Below are positions 18,441 through 26,923 of a stretch of 64,000 bases of DNA, one piece after another. Every line of letters starts with the position of its first letter. The stretch's first letter is position 1. Source of the DNA: Poseidonia sp. (GTDB lineage Archaea; Thermoplasmatota; Poseidoniia; Poseidoniales; Poseidoniaceae); NCBI GenBank assembly GCA_965661285.1, contig CBFIDD010000004.1:69042-133041 (forward strand), written 5' to 3'. Made by a program: the position numbers and the translations under genes. The notes beneath the pieces were generated by a model. That model saw nothing but the letters and a program-made list of their open reading frames with translations. It made no database searches and had not been told where the DNA came from.

Positions 18441-19598
18441 TCAAGACGCTTCCGTTGATGAAGGCCGGAGGTGCTGAGCGCCCACTTCCGCAAAGCGGTG
18501 CAACATCTCCTCCAACTGAATACGCTGCTGGGCTGAACGTTGGAGGTTCATGTCGCAGGCTGAAAGCGCAGCCAATACATCAGCCAGCAACGGCTGCGGG
18601 TAGTGGGTTCGCCCCGCGACAAGAAAGTGGTGCATCCTGTCAACGACGCCCCTTGCGTCAAGGTCGTGCGAGGCCATCATCTGGTCGAGCGCCCCCATGG
18701 CACCCTTCAGCACACGGACATTTTTCTCACCCTGCCGCTCCCATTTCCATTCGTGCACGCGCCCCCGAAGGGCTTCTTCGAGCACCAATTGAACCTCTCG
18801 ACGACTCGAGTTCGCCATCAACATCTGCACGTTCTTCCGGTCGGTCAGAAGGTCGCGCTGAGCGAGGAGCTGGAAAGTGAAGATCGCTTTTCGGAGATTC
18901 CCGCTGGCGACGTGAGCGATATCGCCGAGGACGCCCGAGGCCGGATGGAGGTTTTCCTGTCCTGCGATGTGTTCGAGGCGCTGCTCGATTTGCAATCGGG
19001 TGAGCGAAGGCATGCGAACATGTTGTGTTCTGCTTCTGAGCGCTTCGATGATGCGAGAAGGCGTGTGTGTGGTGAACAGGAAGCGAGCGCTTCGGCTGCT
19101 CTCTTCCATCATTCTGCGAAGATAGGATTGTCGCGCATGACCCAAATAATCGGCGTCTTCAATGATGATGATGCGAGAGACGGCAGCAAACGTCCCCGCC
19201 TGAGGCGCTGCGGATTCTTCTCCAGCTGGCGGGGGTGAAGCATCGGCGGAAGCACTGATGCCGTGATCGAAGGCGTCAAGACTTGTTCGCCCGGCAAGCG
19301 TATCTTCAGACCCGGCGCCCTCGGGGCGCAGAAAGGCTTCGAATTTGGCCATTGCTCCGGAGGTTTTGTTCAAATCGCGGGCCTGCAAGATGTGGGTGGT
19401 AGCGCGCCATGACGGCCCCAAGACCTGGCGGCAGACGAGTTGGAGGGCTGCGGTTTTTCCACATCCTGACGGCCCTGAAAGCAGAAGATGGGGGGGATTG
19501 GCTTGGAGGGAAAGGTGTTTCAGGGCATCGATGACATGTTGCGACGTCAACAGGTCGTCAAACAACACCGGCTTGTATTCCTCAAGCCAGACGGTCAT
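18441..19598 (-). CDS. Replication factor C small-subunit-like clamp-loader AAA+ protein (divergent)
   Basis: WLEEYKP (RFC box), PHLLLSGPSGCGKT, IIIIEDAD, QSYLRRMME, IIEALRSRT, GNLRKAI. Confidence 0.85.
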   Translation of the reverse strand: MTVWLEEYKPVLFDDLLTSQHVIDALKHLSLQANPPHLLLSGPSGCGKTAALQLVCRQVLGPSWRATTHILQARDLNKTSGAMAKFEAFLRPEGAGSEDTLAGRTSLDAFDHGISASADASPPPAGEESAAPQAGTFAAVSRIIIIEDADYLGHARQSYLRRMMEESSRSARFLFTTHTPSRIIEALRSRTQHVRMPSLTRLQIEQRLEHIAGQENLHPASGVLGDIAHVASGNLRKAIFTFQLLAQRDLLTDRKNVQMLMANSSRREVQLVLEEALRGRVHEWKWERQGEKNVRVLKGAMGALDQMMASHDLDARGVVDRMHHFLVAGRTHYPQPLLADVLAALSACDMNLQRSAQQRIQLEEMLHRFAEVGAQHLRPSSTEAS

Positions 19599-19646
19599 GA
19601 ACCCAAAGACAGGTCCATGGTCTTTGAACTCTGCGAGCGATTTGGC

Positions 19647-19796
19647 TCACTCTGCGCTAAGGCGCTTGGTACCGTGTCGGCGGAGTTTCATGAAAATGCG
19701 GGAACCGCACGCCTTGCAGCTGATTCCGTTTCGCTCTCGGTGGAACGATTCGAGGTTTCCGCAGTTGGCGCACTTGTAGTCAACGAGTTCAACCAT
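19647..19796 (-). CDS. rpoP: DNA-directed RNA polymerase subunit P (Rpo12)
   Basis: MVELVDYKCANCG...ISCKACGSRIFMKLR zinc ribbon, 49 aa from ATG 19796. Confidence 0.9.
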   Translation of the reverse strand: MVELVDYKCANCGNLESFHRERNGISCKACGSRIFMKLRRHGTKRLSAE

Positions 19797-19842
19797 AGTT
19801 CTCTCTCCAAGGCTGGCGACTTCGCATCCTGTTTTCAACCTT

Positions 19843-20046
19843 TCATTCAACCAATCGTTCGACAAATGCATCAAAGGTGGGGCCTGCCATGACGACGAAG
19901 GCCCCTTGATGGTAGAGTTGAACCATTTTGAAAACAACATCGGACGGGGTTCGGCCAAGCACATCGGAAACGACCACAAGGTCATGTCCGAGTTCAAGAT
20001 TCTCAACGAGGAGCGATTCCTCGATCGATGACCAACGCCCCATCAT
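19843..20046 (-). CDS. Small Myb/SANT-like helix-turn-helix protein
   Basis: GRWSSIEESLLVENLELGHDLVVVSDVLGRTPSDV resembles the W-S/T-x-x-E...LGRT Myb pattern; starts 5 nt after the upstream stop. Confidence 0.55.
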   Translation of the reverse strand: MMGRWSSIEESLLVENLELGHDLVVVSDVLGRTPSDVVFKMVQLYHQGAFVVMAGPTFDAFVERLVE

Positions 20047-20051
20047 GGGAT

Positions 20052-20696
20052 TCAACAAGCACGTCCACCGACGAGGCCGGGCATCAAGCGAATGCGGCAG
20101 CCTGCTTCCAAGTTCATGTTGGCAATTTCAGCGGTGCTGACGAGTTGGTTGTTCACAAACACCCAGGAGCCTTGGGTTTGGCTGGCCTTTTCGACGAGCT
20201 CGTCTTGTGTCATTTGCACGGTGGTGTGGCCGGTTGCGTCGGCGATTTCCACCTCAAAGGCGGGGGCGTCCTGGCCGCCGATGAGACCGGGGGCCAACCG
20301 AACAGTGCTGCCCTCGCTCAGGTTCATGTCGGCGATGTCGGCGGCGCTGACGAGTTGGTTGTTCACAAACACCCACAACTCGCTGTTTTGCTCGGCAGTG
20401 TCTGCGATTTCTGCCTGCGTCATCACGGCTTCAGAGTGACCGCTCTTGTCGGTGATTTGAACGACGAAGGTCGGGACGTCTTGGCCACCGACGAGTCCGG
20501 GCATCAAGCGGATGCGGCTGCCGGCTTCCAAGTTCATGTCTGCGATGTCAGCGGCGCTGACGAGCTGGTTGTTCACAAACACCCAGGAGCCCTGGGTTTG
20601 GGTGGCCTTGTCGGCGATTTCGTTCTGTGTCATCTGGACAACGGAGTGCCCAGATGCGTCTGCAATTTCAACGTCAAATTTCGTATTGTTTTCCAT
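20052..20696 (-). CDS. Tandem triple ubiquitin-like (beta-grasp, SAMP/MoaD/ThiS-like) protein
   Basis: Three about 70-aa units with WVFVNNQLV and ending RLxPGL(V/I)GG, then RAC-stop; AGGTGA SD before ATG 20696. Confidence 0.8.
   Translation of the reverse strand: MENNTKFDVEIADASGHSVVQMTQNEIADKATQTQGSWVFVNNQLVSAADIADMNLEAGSRIRLMPGLVGGQDVPTFVVQITDKSGHSEAVMTQAEIADTAEQNSELWVFVNNQLVSAADIADMNLSEGSTVRLAPGLIGGQDAPAFEVEIADATGHTTVQMTQDELVEKASQTQGSWVFVNNQLVSTAEIANMNLEAGCRIRLMPGLVGGRAC
20064..20696 (-). repeat. 3 x 210-bp intragenic tandem repeat
   Basis: Units at 20484-20696, 20274-20483 and 20064-20273; TGGTTGTTCACAAACACCCA recurs every 210 nt on the + strand. Confidence 0.95.
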
Positions 20697-20732
20697 GGTA
20701 TTCACCTGTTTGAAAGACTGAACAATTTACCC

Positions 20733-20740
20733 CATATAAA
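20733..20740 (-). promoter_or_regulatory. TATA box for the tri-UBL gene
   Basis: TTTATATG about 37 nt upstream of the ATG in an AT-rich spacer. Confidence 0.65.
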
Positions 20741-20846
20741 GAAACGAAAAACGAGGAGAAAGGTGTCTCGCTCGAAGTGTTCGCTCTGTTTGAGGGCACA
20801 TTCGTACACGTCCACCGAACGTATCGGTCAAGTGTATATGAAGGAC

Positions 20847-22157
20847 TCAAGTTTTCAAGTTCGCTTGACGGGCAAGGAGGTGAATTTGCATGCTGTGTTC
20901 AACCATCGCTGCGTTGGCCCAAGCCTGGTCAAAGTCCGCACCAACGGCATAGGCGCCGTTACCGCGAATCACGACGCAGCGCATACCGCCCTGATTGAGG
21001 GCTTCTGCCACCTGCCGAAGATGGTCTTCGGGGTGTTCGGGGTCCGGGTCGACGATGATGATCTTGCCGATGTGGTGCTTGCCGATTTCATCGATGGGGG
21101 TCAGCAGAACGAGGTCTTTCTCACAGCTGGCGGCGGTGGTGTGGGGTCCATGCATGTGAATCACCGCAGCAGGTCCTCCGGTGACCATGGCCACCGAAGC
21201 GAGCACGACTTCGAGAACATGCCAGTCGGTGGGCGCTCCGCGCGGCGAGGTTGACCCGAGTGGGGCCGCACACAGGCTGCGTTCGTTCATGCGTGGAAGC
21301 GTGACCATGTGACGAGTGGAGATCATCACGCCTGGCTGCTCGGGATGAATCATCGCAAGCGAGCCCATGGTGGCTCTCACCAAATGTTCCCGGTCGAGTT
21401 GACGACCAAGCCGGACGAAATCGGACACAACATAGGGCGGGATGACGATGTTGTCTTCCACCAAGGGAGGCATTGGAGGCTCTTCCAATTCCTGGATAAC
21501 TTCGGTCGCGCCGACGACAGATTGGCGCAGTCGGGCGTTCTCCATGTGAAGGCGTTCAAGTTCAGCCTCTCTTTGAGCAAGAAGGTCTGCCGTGGCTTGG
21601 TCCGCGTCAATGACCGGGGCGGGGCGTTCGTCCTGAACTTCCGGTTGCGCTTGCTCGACATGCGTTTCTGCTTCCCCAACAGGCGCACGAGAGGCTTCTT
21701 CCGGTGCTGGCTCAGGATCGGAGGCTTCGGTGACGTCGGGTTCTGCGGTCGGTTCGGGGGTTGGCTCTGGTTGAGCAGGGGGTTCTTCCGTTGATTCGGG
21801 TGCTGAGACGAGGGGGTCGTCCGATGGGGTTTCTGGAGCTTCTTCTGCCGGCGGAGTCGAGGAGGGGCCGCTTGGTGGGCCCGAAGGAGGACCTGATGGG
21901 GGGCCACTTGGAGGGCCCGAAGGTGGACCCGAGGGTGGACCCGAGGGTGGGCCCGAGGGTGGGCCGGTCGGTGGGCCTGATGGGGGTCCGCTCGGACCGG
22001 TGGGGGCGGGCGGCGTCGGCTCTTCGGCCGGTGTTGTTTCCTCTTGCGGCTTCTCAAGGGATTCGATGTCCCCAAAGGCCCCGCCGAGCATGTTGTCGAG
22101 TTGGGACTGTTCTTCCTCATCCCGTGCTTTCTCTGCTGAAGTTTTTCCCTTTGCCAT
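20847..22157 (-). CDS. Class II aldolase/adducin-family domain with long Pro/Glu-rich N-terminus and short coiled coil
   Basis: C-terminal domain with GSLAM, AVIHMHGPHTT, VIRGNGAYAVG, AWANAAMVEHS; N-terminal low complexity. Confidence 0.75.
   Translation of the reverse strand: MAKGKTSAEKARDEEEQSQLDNMLGGAFGDIESLEKPQEETTPAEEPTPPAPTGPSGPPSGPPTGPPSGPPSGPPSGPPSGPPSGPPSGPPSGPPSGPSSTPPAEEAPETPSDDPLVSAPESTEEPPAQPEPTPEPTAEPDVTEASDPEPAPEEASRAPVGEAETHVEQAQPEVQDERPAPVIDADQATADLLAQREAELERLHMENARLRQSVVGATEVIQELEEPPMPPLVEDNIVIPPYVVSDFVRLGRQLDREHLVRATMGSLAMIHPEQPGVMISTRHMVTLPRMNERSLCAAPLGSTSPRGAPTDWHVLEVVLASVAMVTGGPAAVIHMHGPHTTAASCEKDLVLLTPIDEIGKHHIGKIIIVDPDPEHPEDHLRQVAEALNQGGMRCVVIRGNGAYAVGADFDQAWANAAMVEHSMQIHLLARQANLKT
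21864..22002 (-). repeat. 12-bp intragenic repeat encoding (GPPS)n
   Basis: About 11 imperfect GPP(S/T) units, varied at synonymous positions. Confidence 0.9.
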
Positions 22158-22188
22158 GGTGGCACCCATTTCACCCACATGGCGCGGC

Positions 22189-22195
22189 TTAAATA
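22189..22195 (+). promoter_or_regulatory. TATA box for tRNA-Asp
   Basis: TTAAATA about 30 nt upstream of the tRNA. Confidence 0.6.
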
Positions 22196-22223
22196 GCGGT
22201 TGCGTCCCCGAGGGAGTGCAACT

Positions 22224-22298
22224 GCCCGCTTGGTGTAGAGGTTATCATGCAGGATTGTCATTCCTGCGACCCGGGTTCAATTCCCGGAGTGGGCGCCA
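22224..22298 (+). tRNA. tRNA-Asp (GTC), CCA encoded
   Basis: GCCCGCTTGGTGTAGAGGTTATCATGCAGGATTGTCATTCCTGCGACCCGGGTTCAATTCCCGGAGTGGGCGCCA. Confidence 0.95.
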
Positions 22299-22300
22299 CC

Positions 22301-23218
22301 TCACTCTTCTTCAGGGCCAACGTAGTTCTTCCCATCCCGGTGAGAGACGGTGGCAGGTAAAAGGTACCACATGAACGGTAACACCAGCAGACTGTCGAGG
22401 TTTTGACCCAGTTGGATTTCAAACGTTGATTCAAACGCAATGAAGGACGAGGCGTCCTTACTCCCTTCCTCGGGGACCTGCGCAGCGACGGTTGTTCGGT
22501 TCTCAGGCTCAACCAGGCCCAAATCATAACCGGAAAAGTCCGCCTCCAACTCAACGCCGAGCCAAATCAACGAGAAGTCTGAAGAGGCGTTGGTGTGAAC
22601 AAAGGAAACGGTCTCGATGTTGGCCCCTGGGGTATTGGTTGCCGTATTGTCGCTTTCATCCCCCTCGCCGCCGCTCAGCTCCAACACATAGCAAGCAGGG
22701 AATACGACGGTAAACGCCGTAAGCGTCGCCAAAAACGCGAGTGTACGAACGTGATGGCGCCACTTGAATTGAACGAGCATCAGCAGTTCGCTGAGCACCA
22801 AGGCAACCAAGGCGATCCTGATGGATTGACGCCCGGTCGAAAGCCATGCTTCATCGCCTCCGTCGTTCTGTTCATCATCACCACCCCCATCCTCGTCACC
22901 GGACGTGTCGCCGGACGTGTCCCCGGAGGTGTTCGCTGAGGTGGAGGAGGAATTGACGGGTACGCTTGCATCACCGTCTCGTTCGAGTGCATAGAAGAAA
23001 AACGACGTCGCTTTCTTGATTTCGACATCGATCATCGTGCGGTCGTTGTCGATGGCAACCAGTGAATGGGCTTCCGTTGGCGCTGGCTTGCCTTCGGTGT
23101 AGACGCCTTCAACCGTTGCGACCAGCCACGCTGAAATGAACACGTGAACCGCAAGAAACGCCGTTACGGCTAGGCGAATCGCACCAAAGGCGCGGTGGGG
23201 ACGTGGCCGTGGTAGCAC
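22301..23218 (-). CDS. Hypothetical multi-pass membrane protein with acidic loops
   Basis: About 4 hydrophobic segments; lies 30 nt downstream of the LDLa-repeat gene on the same strand. Confidence 0.65.
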   Translation of the reverse strand: MLPRPRPHRAFGAIRLAVTAFLAVHVFISAWLVATVEGVYTEGKPAPTEAHSLVAIDNDRTMIDVEIKKATSFFFYALERDGDASVPVNSSSTSANTSGDTSGDTSGDEDGGGDDEQNDGGDEAWLSTGRQSIRIALVALVLSELLMLVQFKWRHHVRTLAFLATLTAFTVVFPACYVLELSGGEGDESDNTATNTPGANIETVSFVHTNASSDFSLIWLGVELEADFSGYDLGLVEPENRTTVAAQVPEEGSKDASSFIAFESTFEIQLGQNLDSLLVLPFMWYLLPATVSHRDGKNYVGPEEE

Positions 23219-23248
23219 GGCGTTGCGTCCCCCTACTTCCTTTTGACT

Positions 23249-26200
23249 TCACTCGTTCTCGCTGCCACGGCGGTTGCCGGCAAGTGCAGCAAGACCGATC
23301 ATCGCCATCACGGTGAGTGGCGAAACAAAGGGCAGGAGGCCTGCATCTTCAGCGATGTCTTCGGCCGTTTGTTCGCCGTCGTCGGTGGTTTCGCCACTGT
23401 TGTCGGTGGCGTCGCCGAGGCCGAGGTCAGAGGTGTCGGCACCTGCTTCCTCGAGGTCGGCCGCCAATTCGGACAGATCGTGGTTCTCAACGTCCACGAT
23501 GTCTTCGAGGTCGTCAAATTCAGCCATCTGTTCCTGAGCCTCTTGGGCGGGAACGCCGGTAATGTAGCGGATGCTGGCGAAGATCATGGGCAAGTCTTGG
23601 CTGTAGCCGGCCGTTTCTGGTCCAGCGATGACGTAGCCATTCCCGTCCTCGTCCCAAGCATAGACGCCAACACCAACGATGGTGGCGTGTTCGTTGCTCC
23701 AAAGCGGCGCCCACATACCGTCGGTGTAGGGGAAGACAGGGACTTCGTAATCCTCGTCGAGGTCTTGGAAGGTCATCTCGAGGTTGTTGCCGAAGTTCTC
23801 CAGCACGTTACTGAGGCCGGAATCGGCCAAAGCGCCGGCGATTTTCTCCATGCGCTCACTGACTTCTGGACCGTCTTCAACGGTCATGCAATCTTCGTAG
23901 GTATCGAAGGGTTCGGTTTCACCGTTCTCCACCAACTCCACGGAGAGGCAGTATTCGCCCTCTCCAGCAATGTCGACGAAGTTTTCGGTGGACACCTCGG
24001 ACTGGTCGTTAAACGCAACGCTGCCCTGGTCGATGACCGTGTTGTCGGCATCAGAAACAGCCCAATGCATCGTGATATCGTCGAAAGAATCGCTCCAGGT
24101 GCCTGCTCCCGCTGTGACACGGAGGGTGTTGTCGCCCTCGTTGTTCATGTTGCTCTCCCAGTCTCGGATTTCAGGTCCATTCCAGGTAGAATCGCAGGTT
24201 TCATCGGCGGAGACCAAGGTGGTGCCATCCGGAGCAGAGATGCTTGCCCCGACGCACATTGTGTTTTCACCGTATCCCATGTCGGCTGGAACGGTGGTTT
24301 CGACCGAGATGTAGCCGGAGTCGATGCTGATCGAAACATCGCAGGACCAGTCCGCACATGCCATCACATCATCCATTGAGGCAAGCACGGTGCCTTGACC
24401 GTCGTCCATGTAAGCGTCCATCATGAAGAAGGTGGCTTCCCCTTCGTCTTTGCCGTCTGCGCAGTCGACGGTACCGTCGTTCACGAGGGTAAAGTCCAGG
24501 TTCGTGTTGTAGTCGTCGCAGTAGAAATTTCCTGACTGGCGAGTGTCGTGTTCATCATCGCCATCCTCGCAATGCTGCGTGCCGTCATTGACATACTGGA
24601 ACGGAATGCGGTCGTAGTTTTCACAAAGGAACCAATCGCCGAGGTTGTCGGCTGGTTCATCCGAAGCATCAGCGCAGTCCACCGTGCCGTCGTTCACGAG
24701 TTCGAAGGAAATCTCAGAGCCGTCGAGGCAGACATAGGTGCTGGTGAGGCCGTTTTCGTATTCATCCGAACCATCGTCGCAGTCATCCCAATAATCGTTC
24801 ACATCGTCAATGGCCAGTTCTTGGTATTCACCGTCATAGTTGCACATGATGGTGGCCGATTCCTCAAATCCAAGGGCGGTAGCGTCAACACGTCCGTTGA
24901 AGCTGTAGTATTCTTCACCGGTGTTCCAGTCCTGGGAAGTCCCACCGCTGAGGTAGAAATCGTCCTCATCTGAACCGTCCATGCAGTCTTCGTTGCCGTT
25001 GTTCACATACCAGGATTCGATCATCTCACCACTGTCGCACATGAACCAGTTTTCACTGTCGTCGTAGTCCATGTCGCCCTCTTCGTTGCTGCCAAACCAA
25101 TCTTCGATGAGTTCTCCCACGGAGTCTTCAAGTTCGGCCTCGAAGTCTTCAGCCACAGCCTCGCCAAAGGATTCACTGGCGTGAACCAAAACGTTGCCCA
25201 TCATGATGAACATGACCGGGTTACCGGGCGGGCAGGTGTCGCAAGCCGTTACATCGAGCGTGTTTCCGTCTCCCAGGCTGACCTCGAGTGGTTCGTCGGT
25301 GCGCATGCTGAACGAGACATCATCCATGTCGGCTTCGCCTTCGTAGTCGCCTTCGCTGGTGAGTTCGTCGCTGATGCTGATGTCAAACTGACCCGCATCA
25401 AAGCCAAACTCTTCCATGGGCAGACCGGTCAAATAGACGTTGTAGTCGGCCGAGCCAATGTACGAGCCGTCGACCATGCCGCACATGTCGTAGACCTCGG
25501 CTTCGTCCGAGCCACCGACGCCATCGGTGTTGTCGCCAACGTCGTCGCTTTCCTCAACGCAATACCAATCGGTCCGGTCGTTGGCAGCAGCGGTGACGTA
25601 GATGGGGCTTGGGTTGCCAAGGCGCCATTCGGCCTGAGAAGCGATGGAGTAGCTGAAATCCATGCCGGTGTCGAAGTCAACGTTGAGTTCCTCGCCGTCG
25701 CCCTTGAGGGCAATATCAATGCCGAGGTTCATGTCGTTGCCGACGGTCATGTCAATGTCCATATCGGCGCCGACAAGTTGGTACTGGTCGTTGAGGTACT
25801 CGGTGTAGAGCATGTCCACGGTCAGCACGTTTTCGGCTTCCGCAAGGACGTCGATGTCAAACCCGGTGGGCTCGCTGCCAAAGGTGGTCTCCGACCAGTC
25901 GGTCATGATGACGGCGTTGGAAAGCAGGCCGTGGCGGAGGACGACATCGCTGGTACGGCTCCACACTTGGACATCGTTGCCTTCCAAGTCCTGAATGGTT
26001 TGAGGCGTGATGTCCTCGGTTTGGTGAATGTAGACATTGGAGGCGCCGGTGGTCAACTGACCGATATCAAGATTGAAACCGGCTTCATCGGCGTCGGCCA
26101 TGATTTCGGTGAACAATTCTTGGATGTCCAAGCCTGTCACGTTTTGGAGGTCGCTGTCAAGGCTTGACCAATCGTATTCCACGCCATAGTAGTACTCTGA

Positions 26201-26302
26201 TGGTTCGTCAGGGACGGCTTGGACCAGAGCAATGGGGGAAAGGGCGGTCAGCAACAACAGGGTTGCGAGCAGGCGGGCTGGGGTTCGTCGCGAGGTGGAC
26301 AT
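23249..26302 (-). CDS. Acidic surface protein with LDL-receptor class A-like repeats and PGF-CTERM-like sorting signal
   Basis: Signal peptide; five FxC...VNDGxxDCxDGSDE-type repeats; C-terminal LLPF + TM + NRR. Confidence 0.8.
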   Translation of the reverse strand: MSTSRRTPARLLATLLLLTALSPIALVQAVPDEPSEYYYGVEYDWSSLDSDLQNVTGLDIQELFTEIMADADEAGFNLDIGQLTTGASNVYIHQTEDITPQTIQDLEGNDVQVWSRTSDVVLRHGLLSNAVIMTDWSETTFGSEPTGFDIDVLAEAENVLTVDMLYTEYLNDQYQLVGADMDIDMTVGNDMNLGIDIALKGDGEELNVDFDTGMDFSYSIASQAEWRLGNPSPIYVTAAANDRTDWYCVEESDDVGDNTDGVGGSDEAEVYDMCGMVDGSYIGSADYNVYLTGLPMEEFGFDAGQFDISISDELTSEGDYEGEADMDDVSFSMRTDEPLEVSLGDGNTLDVTACDTCPPGNPVMFIMMGNVLVHASESFGEAVAEDFEAELEDSVGELIEDWFGSNEEGDMDYDDSENWFMCDSGEMIESWYVNNGNEDCMDGSDEDDFYLSGGTSQDWNTGEEYYSFNGRVDATALGFEESATIMCNYDGEYQELAIDDVNDYWDDCDDGSDEYENGLTSTYVCLDGSEISFELVNDGTVDCADASDEPADNLGDWFLCENYDRIPFQYVNDGTQHCEDGDDEHDTRQSGNFYCDDYNTNLDFTLVNDGTVDCADGKDEGEATFFMMDAYMDDGQGTVLASMDDVMACADWSCDVSISIDSGYISVETTVPADMGYGENTMCVGASISAPDGTTLVSADETCDSTWNGPEIRDWESNMNNEGDNTLRVTAGAGTWSDSFDDITMHWAVSDADNTVIDQGSVAFNDQSEVSTENFVDIAGEGEYCLSVELVENGETEPFDTYEDCMTVEDGPEVSERMEKIAGALADSGLSNVLENFGNNLEMTFQDLDEDYEVPVFPYTDGMWAPLWSNEHATIVGVGVYAWDEDGNGYVIAGPETAGYSQDLPMIFASIRYITGVPAQEAQEQMAEFDDLEDIVDVENHDLSELAADLEEAGADTSDLGLGDATDNSGETTDDGEQTAEDIAEDAGLLPFVSPLTVMAMIGLAALAGNRRGSENE
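24443..25048 (-). repeat. Five LDLa-like protein repeats
   Basis: EDCMDGSDE, DDCDDGSDE, VDCADASDE, QHCEDGDDE, VDCADGKDE. Confidence 0.85.
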
Positions 26303-26377
26303 CAGTACACCTACGGTTTTTTGTCCATATTAACTCTATTCTATTGGAATTCCCCTTCAATCGGGGCTTTCGTGTGT

Positions 26378-26923
26378 TCAGAATTTCCAAATTTTCTTCA
26401 TTTCATGGGTGTCACCGATGAAAATTTTCTTGGAGAATGGTTGTGAACACGCCTTTCTCATGGAGGTCATTTTTGCACCAACACTGTCCCCATCGAGGAT
26501 ATTTAGGAATTTCGTATGCTTATCTCCTGAAGATTTCAAGTAAGATTCTTGGCACTTGATGAAGTGATACACCTCTCTCATTGAACGAGTTTGCGCACCG
26601 CCGGTCCCAACGATCATTTTGAAGTTGACGAGGTATCGTATTTTTCCGACAAAAAATTCGCCATCAAAATCTTCCGTCCATTCAAATTCATCCGGTTCAC
26701 TGCTCGGCCGGGAAATTCTCTTGAGCTCGTGGGTTTCAAGATTTAGTCGTAAATTTGTTTTCCTACATTCTTCGCCCGTAATCTTTTCCAAGCACATTCT
26801 TTGCCATTTTTCTGTTTTTGATGAGGTCGCCCCCCCCATTGGCTTTCCACCGCCGATGATTTCTATTCGCCATTCTTTGGTCATTTTTTTACCCGGAATA
26901 AGGTCAATGAACTTAGCAGTCAT
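26378..26923 (-). CDS. Putative restriction endonuclease partner (hypothetical)
   Basis: AT-rich, Lys-rich, ATGA-coupled to the methyltransferase; possible PD-(D/E)xK-like EDFDG...VNFK. Confidence 0.5.
   Translation of the reverse strand: MTAKFIDLIPGKKMTKEWRIEIIGGGKPMGGATSSKTEKWQRMCLEKITGEECRKTNLRLNLETHELKRISRPSSEPDEFEWTEDFDGEFFVGKIRYLVNFKMIVGTGGAQTRSMREVYHFIKCQESYLKSSGDKHTKFLNILDGDSVGAKMTSMRKACSQPFSKKIFIGDTHEMKKIWKF

Noticed and set aside
20028-21254. 408-aa + strand ORF with internal repeats
   Set aside because: Antisense shadow of the tri-UBL and aldolase-like genes; its repeats only mirror the UBL repeats
21864-22002. Short periodic repeat as possible CRISPR or VNTR element
   Set aside because: 12-nt period without spacers, in frame, encodes GPPS; no cas genes in the window
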